Below are positions 60,647 to 64,000 of a stretch of 64,000 bases of DNA, one piece after another. This DNA is from Dethiobacter sp. (GTDB taxonomy: Bacteria; Bacillota; Dethiobacteria; DTU022; UBA8154), in NCBI GenBank assembly GCA_020725665.1, contig DYEO01000033.1:5398-69397 (forward strand), in the 5' to 3' direction. The notes below the pieces were generated by a model. That model was not told the origin of the DNA. It did not search any database and was given only the letters and a program-made list of their open reading frames with translations. Position 1 is the first letter of the stretch. The number at the start of each line of letters is the position of its first letter. The position numbers and the translations under genes are program-made.

Positions 60647-61636
60647 TTACCACTGGGCTATAGCGGCTCCCCAGGTCAGCCCCGCTCCAAAAGAGACCAG
60701 TCCGACAAGATGACCCACCTTTAACTTACCCTCTTCCACCGCCTCGTCCAGCACCACCGGTATTGCCGCCGAGGACATATTGCCATAGCGATGGATGTTG
60801 ACAAGGACCTGTTCAGGCTGCATTTTTAACCGCTTGCAGGCAAAGTTAATGATGCGCAGATTCGCCTGGTGGGGCGCCAAAATATCCAGGTCAGCCGCTG
60901 TCTTGCCGCAGAGAGCCAGCACTTCCTGCACAGAATCAACCATTACGGTTACAGCGAATTTAAACACTTCCTGCCCGTTCATCTTGATGTAGTGAGCCCG
61001 CTCCTCCACGCTTTGCCGCGTTGCCGGCCTGGTTGAACCCCCGGCCGGGACATATAGCAGGTTTGCCTTACTGCCGTCGGAGTACATCTTCGAAGCAAGG
61101 ACGCCCCGGCCCTCCTCCAGCTTACCCAAAACCACGGCGCCGGCACCGTCACCAAAAAGAACACAGGTATTGCGGTCCTGCCAGTCCACTATAGGGGAAA
61201 GAGTATCAACGCCCACAAGGAGAATGTAACGGGCCGCACCGCTGTTAATATAGCGAATACCCACGTCAAGACCGTAGAGAAAACCCGTACAACCAGCTAC
61301 CAGGTCGAAGGCGGAGGCGTTAAAAGCGCCGAGTTTGTCCTGAAGCAGGCAGGCAGTGGAAGGAAGAGTCTGATCGGGCGTTACCGTGGCTACAATGATC
61401 ACATCAATTTCGGCCGGGCTAAGCCCGGCCCGTTCCAGGGCAATGGAAGCGGCCCTGGCTGCAAGGCCGGACGCTGTTTCATTACCGGTGATGATGCGCC
61501 TTTCTTCAATACCGGTCCTTGCCTTAATCCATTCATCGCTCGTATCCACTATTTTTTCCAGGTCAAAATTGGTCAGTTTCCCCACGGGAAGGGCTTTTCC
61601 CGTGGAGATAATTCCTGCGGTATTAGTTTTATTCAT
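60647..61636 (-). CDS. fabH: 3-oxoacyl-ACP synthase III
   Basis: It has an AGCTGF active-site Cys and is FabH-like throughout. I place the start at the internal ATG (MNKTNTAGII), which overlaps the plsX end by 8 nt. Confidence 0.92.
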   Translation of the reverse strand: MNKTNTAGIISTGKALPVGKLTNFDLEKIVDTSDEWIKARTGIEERRIITGNETASGLAARAASIALERAGLSPAEIDVIIVATVTPDQTLPSTACLLQDKLGAFNASAFDLVAGCTGFLYGLDVGIRYINSGAARYILLVGVDTLSPIVDWQDRNTCVLFGDGAGAVVLGKLEEGRGVLASKMYSDGSKANLLYVPAGGSTRPATRQSVEERAHYIKMNGQEVFKFAVTVMVDSVQEVLALCGKTAADLDILAPHQANLRIINFACKRLKMQPEQVLVNIHRYGNMSSAAIPVVLDEAVEEGKLKVGHLVGLVSFGAGLTWGAAIAQW

Positions 61637-62678
61637 CGCCCGCCTCCTCGTTATGCCATTCCCCTGCCAGCTCCAGCTCAATTTTCTTGTTGATCTCCCG
61701 CTGCACAAGGGGGTAAGCCTGCCTGATCAATGCCTGCGTAACGGCCTTGCGGCGGGAGGCCCCGTGACATTTGATACAAACACCGTTGACACCGATTAGC
61801 AGGGCCCCACCGTATTCCGCTTCGTCGAGATCAGCCCGCAATTTTTGCATCAGGGGAGAAAGGAGAGGTGAAACGACGCCCTCTTGTAAATTCCCTTCAA
61901 TCTGGGTACGGAGATAAAAAAAGATTTCCCTGGTAATTCCCTCCATTGCCTTCAACATAACATTTCCGGCAAAACCGTCACAAATAACCACATCGGCCAT
62001 GTTACGAAAAATTTCCCTGGCTTCAAGGTTTCCCACAAAACCGGGCAGTTTCCGTTGAAAGAGCCGGTACGCGTTTCTTACCTGGTGATTGCCCTTGTTC
62101 TCTTCAACGCCCACATTCAGCAGGGCAACGCGCGGAGTCGCTTTGCCGAGTATTTCCCGGGCATAAATGGAGCCCATGAGAGCATACTGCAGCATTTGTT
62201 CCGGCCGTGCGTCCATATTTGCTCCTACGTCCAGCATAACCGTCATTTCACCACGCAGGGCGGGCATTACCGTAAGGAGAGCAGGCCGCCTGATCCCGCT
62301 GATCCTCCCCAGGAAAAGGAGTCCCCCGGCCATGAGGGCACCGGTGCTGCCGCAGCTTACCACAGCATCGGCTCTACCCTGTCGTACCAGCTGCAGAGCA
62401 GCTACCATGGAAGATTTTCTTTTACGGCGAATAGTCAAACCGGGATCTTCATCATTACCGATAATTTCGTCCGCATGGATGATATCAACACGCGGCGAAT
62501 TTATTTTTCCGCCATTGACACTCTTGATCTGCTCGGCCCGGCCCACTAGCAGAATCTCCAGTTCTTCCACCATTTCCACGGCGGTAAGAACCCCATTTAT
62601 TATCTCTGCGGGGGCATAGTCTCCCCCCATGGCATCTACAGCTATACGCAAAACATTTTCGTCCTCTCCGGTTTTCAC
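61629..62678 (-). CDS. plsX: phosphate acyltransferase PlsX
   Basis: 349-aa ORF with the IAVDAMGGD.AP N-terminal motif. Confidence 0.93.
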   Translation of the reverse strand: MKTGEDENVLRIAVDAMGGDYAPAEIINGVLTAVEMVEELEILLVGRAEQIKSVNGGKINSPRVDIIHADEIIGNDEDPGLTIRRKRKSSMVAALQLVRQGRADAVVSCGSTGALMAGGLLFLGRISGIRRPALLTVMPALRGEMTVMLDVGANMDARPEQMLQYALMGSIYAREILGKATPRVALLNVGVEENKGNHQVRNAYRLFQRKLPGFVGNLEAREIFRNMADVVICDGFAGNVMLKAMEGITREIFFYLRTQIEGNLQEGVVSPLLSPLMQKLRADLDEAEYGGALLIGVNGVCIKCHGASRRKAVTQALIRQAYPLVQREINKKIELELAGEWHNEEAGDE

Positions 62679-62741
62679 AGCTAAAAATAAATACCGGGTT
62701 AGCCTGCTGGCGCAGTTAACCCAGGTAAAAACAATAACAGT

Positions 62742-62912
62742 CTATTTAACAACTGCTTTCCCATTATAAAAGCCACAAGCAGGACACACACGATGGGGCA
62801 TTTTTATTTCATGACACTTGGGACACCGGGATAAGCCGGGTGCAGACAATTTCCAATGTGTTCTCCGCTTGTCTCTTCTTGTTTTTGATACTCTCCGCTT
62901 GGGAACTGCCAA
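62742..62912 (-). CDS. rpmF: 50S ribosomal protein L32
   Basis: It is below the ORF-track cutoff. My translation from the TTG after ggaggtg gives (M)[55 protein letters not shown]. Confidence 0.9.
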   Translation of the reverse strand: MAVPKRRVSKTRRDKRRTHWKLSAPGLSRCPKCHEIKMPHRVCPACGFYNGKAVVK

Positions 62913-63037
62913 AAGTAACACCTCCTCCAGTTGTACGATGGGCCTTCACCAGCACACGCCGACGGACCTTTTTTTATCCTGCTCTTTTTTAGGTTAAGGC
63001 CCCACCTCCAGGCTTTAGCGCAGGTGGGGAAACGAGT

Positions 63038-63577
63038 TCACTGCAGTTGTTTTTTATCTTTTAACGCCATAAGCACACGTAATCTGGGGTCAATTGCCTC
63101 CTCACGGCAACGACACTCCTCCCTGTTTCGATCAACTCCACATCCCGGGCAAAGACCCCGGCAATCTTCCCGGCAGAGGATTTTCAGGGGCTGGGCCATG
63201 AGGAAAGACTGGCGTAAATACTCCTTCAGGTCCAGCACCTCACCCGCATAAACCAGTGTTTCTTCCCCCTCAGAAGCGACCGTATTCTCTCCGCCCTCTG
63301 CAGCAGCTCCCCTGAGTGGTATAAACTCTTCTGTGAACTGCTCTGTCAAAGAGAAGGCAGTTTGCGCCAAACAACGGCTGCACTCACCTGTAAGCTCCAC
63401 CTGCCACTGCCCCCTTACCAACACACGCCCGGCAACATAGGATGCGTGGAAAGTAACCGTCATACAGGACTGGTCACATCCCGGTAGATCAACCCCCAGG
63501 GATGCAAGGGATACCTGGCGTATAAAGGGTATAAATTCCCCCTCATGTTTTTCCAGGTCGGGAACAAAGATCTTCAT
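63038..63577 (-). CDS. YceD-family (DUF177) protein
   Basis: It has the C-terminal CREDCRGLCPGCG motif and the conserved position upstream of rpmF. I chose the start at MKIFVPDL. Confidence 0.85.
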   Translation of the reverse strand: MKIFVPDLEKHEGEFIPFIRQVSLASLGVDLPGCDQSCMTVTFHASYVAGRVLVRGQWQVELTGECSRCLAQTAFSLTEQFTEEFIPLRGAAAEGGENTVASEGEETLVYAGEVLDLKEYLRQSFLMAQPLKILCREDCRGLCPGCGVDRNREECRCREEAIDPRLRVLMALKDKKQLQ

Positions 63578-63662
63578 TGTTACTTCAACACCTCTTAAAG
63601 TCAAGCCTAATTATATATGAGGTTTTACTTTTTTGTCAAGAAATTGCCAGAAGCAGGCGTCT

Positions 63663-64000
63663 CTAGAAGGTTACACCATCTATGCGATCATTTTTTTGTT
63701 CACTGAAAGAAACAACAATACGGTTTGGCACGCATACAATACTCTGGTAATACCTGCTGATCCATCCCGTATGTGAACAGATGCCGCGGGGACAGAGCTC
63801 CTTAGCCATCGGCAGCATACGCACCTTCCCTCCGGAGATCTCCAGTACGGCAGTATGCTCTTTCGCCGCGCCAAAGGGAAAAACAACTTGCTTTTCCGTA
63901 CTCTCGTCAAAGGAAATCTCCATGACAAACTCATTGTCTACATGAACGGTAATATATTGCCGGGCCGGTCCGGCGGAAATCTGTAAATTGAAAACAAACA
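63663..64000 (-). CDS. NusG domain II-containing protein (DUF1312); N-terminus off the right window edge
   Basis: It carries CPRGICSHTGWISRYYQSIVCVPNRIVV. The frame stays open upstream of the track ATG to position 64000 (..FVFNLQISAGPARQYITVHVDNEFV-MEISF..). Confidence 0.7.
   Translation of the reverse strand, partial: FVFNLQISAGPARQYITVHVDNEFVMEISFDESTEKQVVFPFGAAKEHTAVLEISGGKVRMLPMAKELCPRGICSHTGWISRYYQSIVCVPNRIVVSFSEQKNDRIDGVTF

Noticed and set aside
59996-60724. 242-aa plus-strand ORF
   Set aside because: It is antisense to fabD/fabH and has no motif support.

Overview
This is a 64-kb chromosomal segment from a spore-forming Firmicute of moderate G+C. Gene order and protein content look like Clostridia/Peptococcaceae, but that is inference only. 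There are no rRNA or tRNA genes, CRISPR arrays, transposases or prophage genes.

Contents, left to right:
1. A thiamine salvage operon under a TPP riboswitch: an SSS permease, thiW, thiD, thiM, thiE and thiL.
2. A CoA-transferase remnant, an MBL hydrolase, typA and a radical SAM gene.
3. A roughly 10-kb envelope-polysaccharide operon, partly AT-rich. It encodes a DivIVA-domain protein, a 1144-aa QueD/PTPS-fused membrane giant, a cysteine-less exosortase (XrtG-like) protein, a processive GT2 synthase, a small 4-TM flippase-like protein, a Dpm1-like GT2 and a frameshift-split clan GH-A lipoprotein.
4. An MCP, a B3/4-domain protein, an MFS transporter, a TPR protein, a zinc-ribbon protein, nif3 and trmK.
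5. A sigma-54 regulon. A PAS-AAA+ activator sits beside two divergent operons with three exact TGGCA-N6-TTGCA promoters and six GGTAw-N6-wTACC palindromes. One operon encodes a symporter, a DUF2088/LarA-like protein and a KPR-family reductase. The other encodes a 2-oxoacid:ferredoxin oxidoreductase whose delta subunit is fused to a GltD-like flavoprotein.
6. CotF-like coat proteins, a second MBL hydrolase, a chimeric Phd/Uma2 remnant, a TIGR00725 protein and a UvrD-like helicase.
7. The conserved yceD-rpmF-plsX-fabHDG-acpP-fabF-rnc-smc-ftsY-ffh-rpsP-KH-rimM-trmD-rplS-lepB-rbgA-rnhB-yraN block.

The most unusual non-coding signal is a family of phased heptanucleotide tandem arrays. In mRNA sense the units read GGARNCA and CTGAAKN. 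They fill several intergenic junctions of block 7, and a third heptamer type (GGAAGTT, GATGTCG) occurs in two other spacers. GTAG-headed GC-rich REP-like hairpins are also present. All calls come from reading the sequence and the ORF track. No database search was run.
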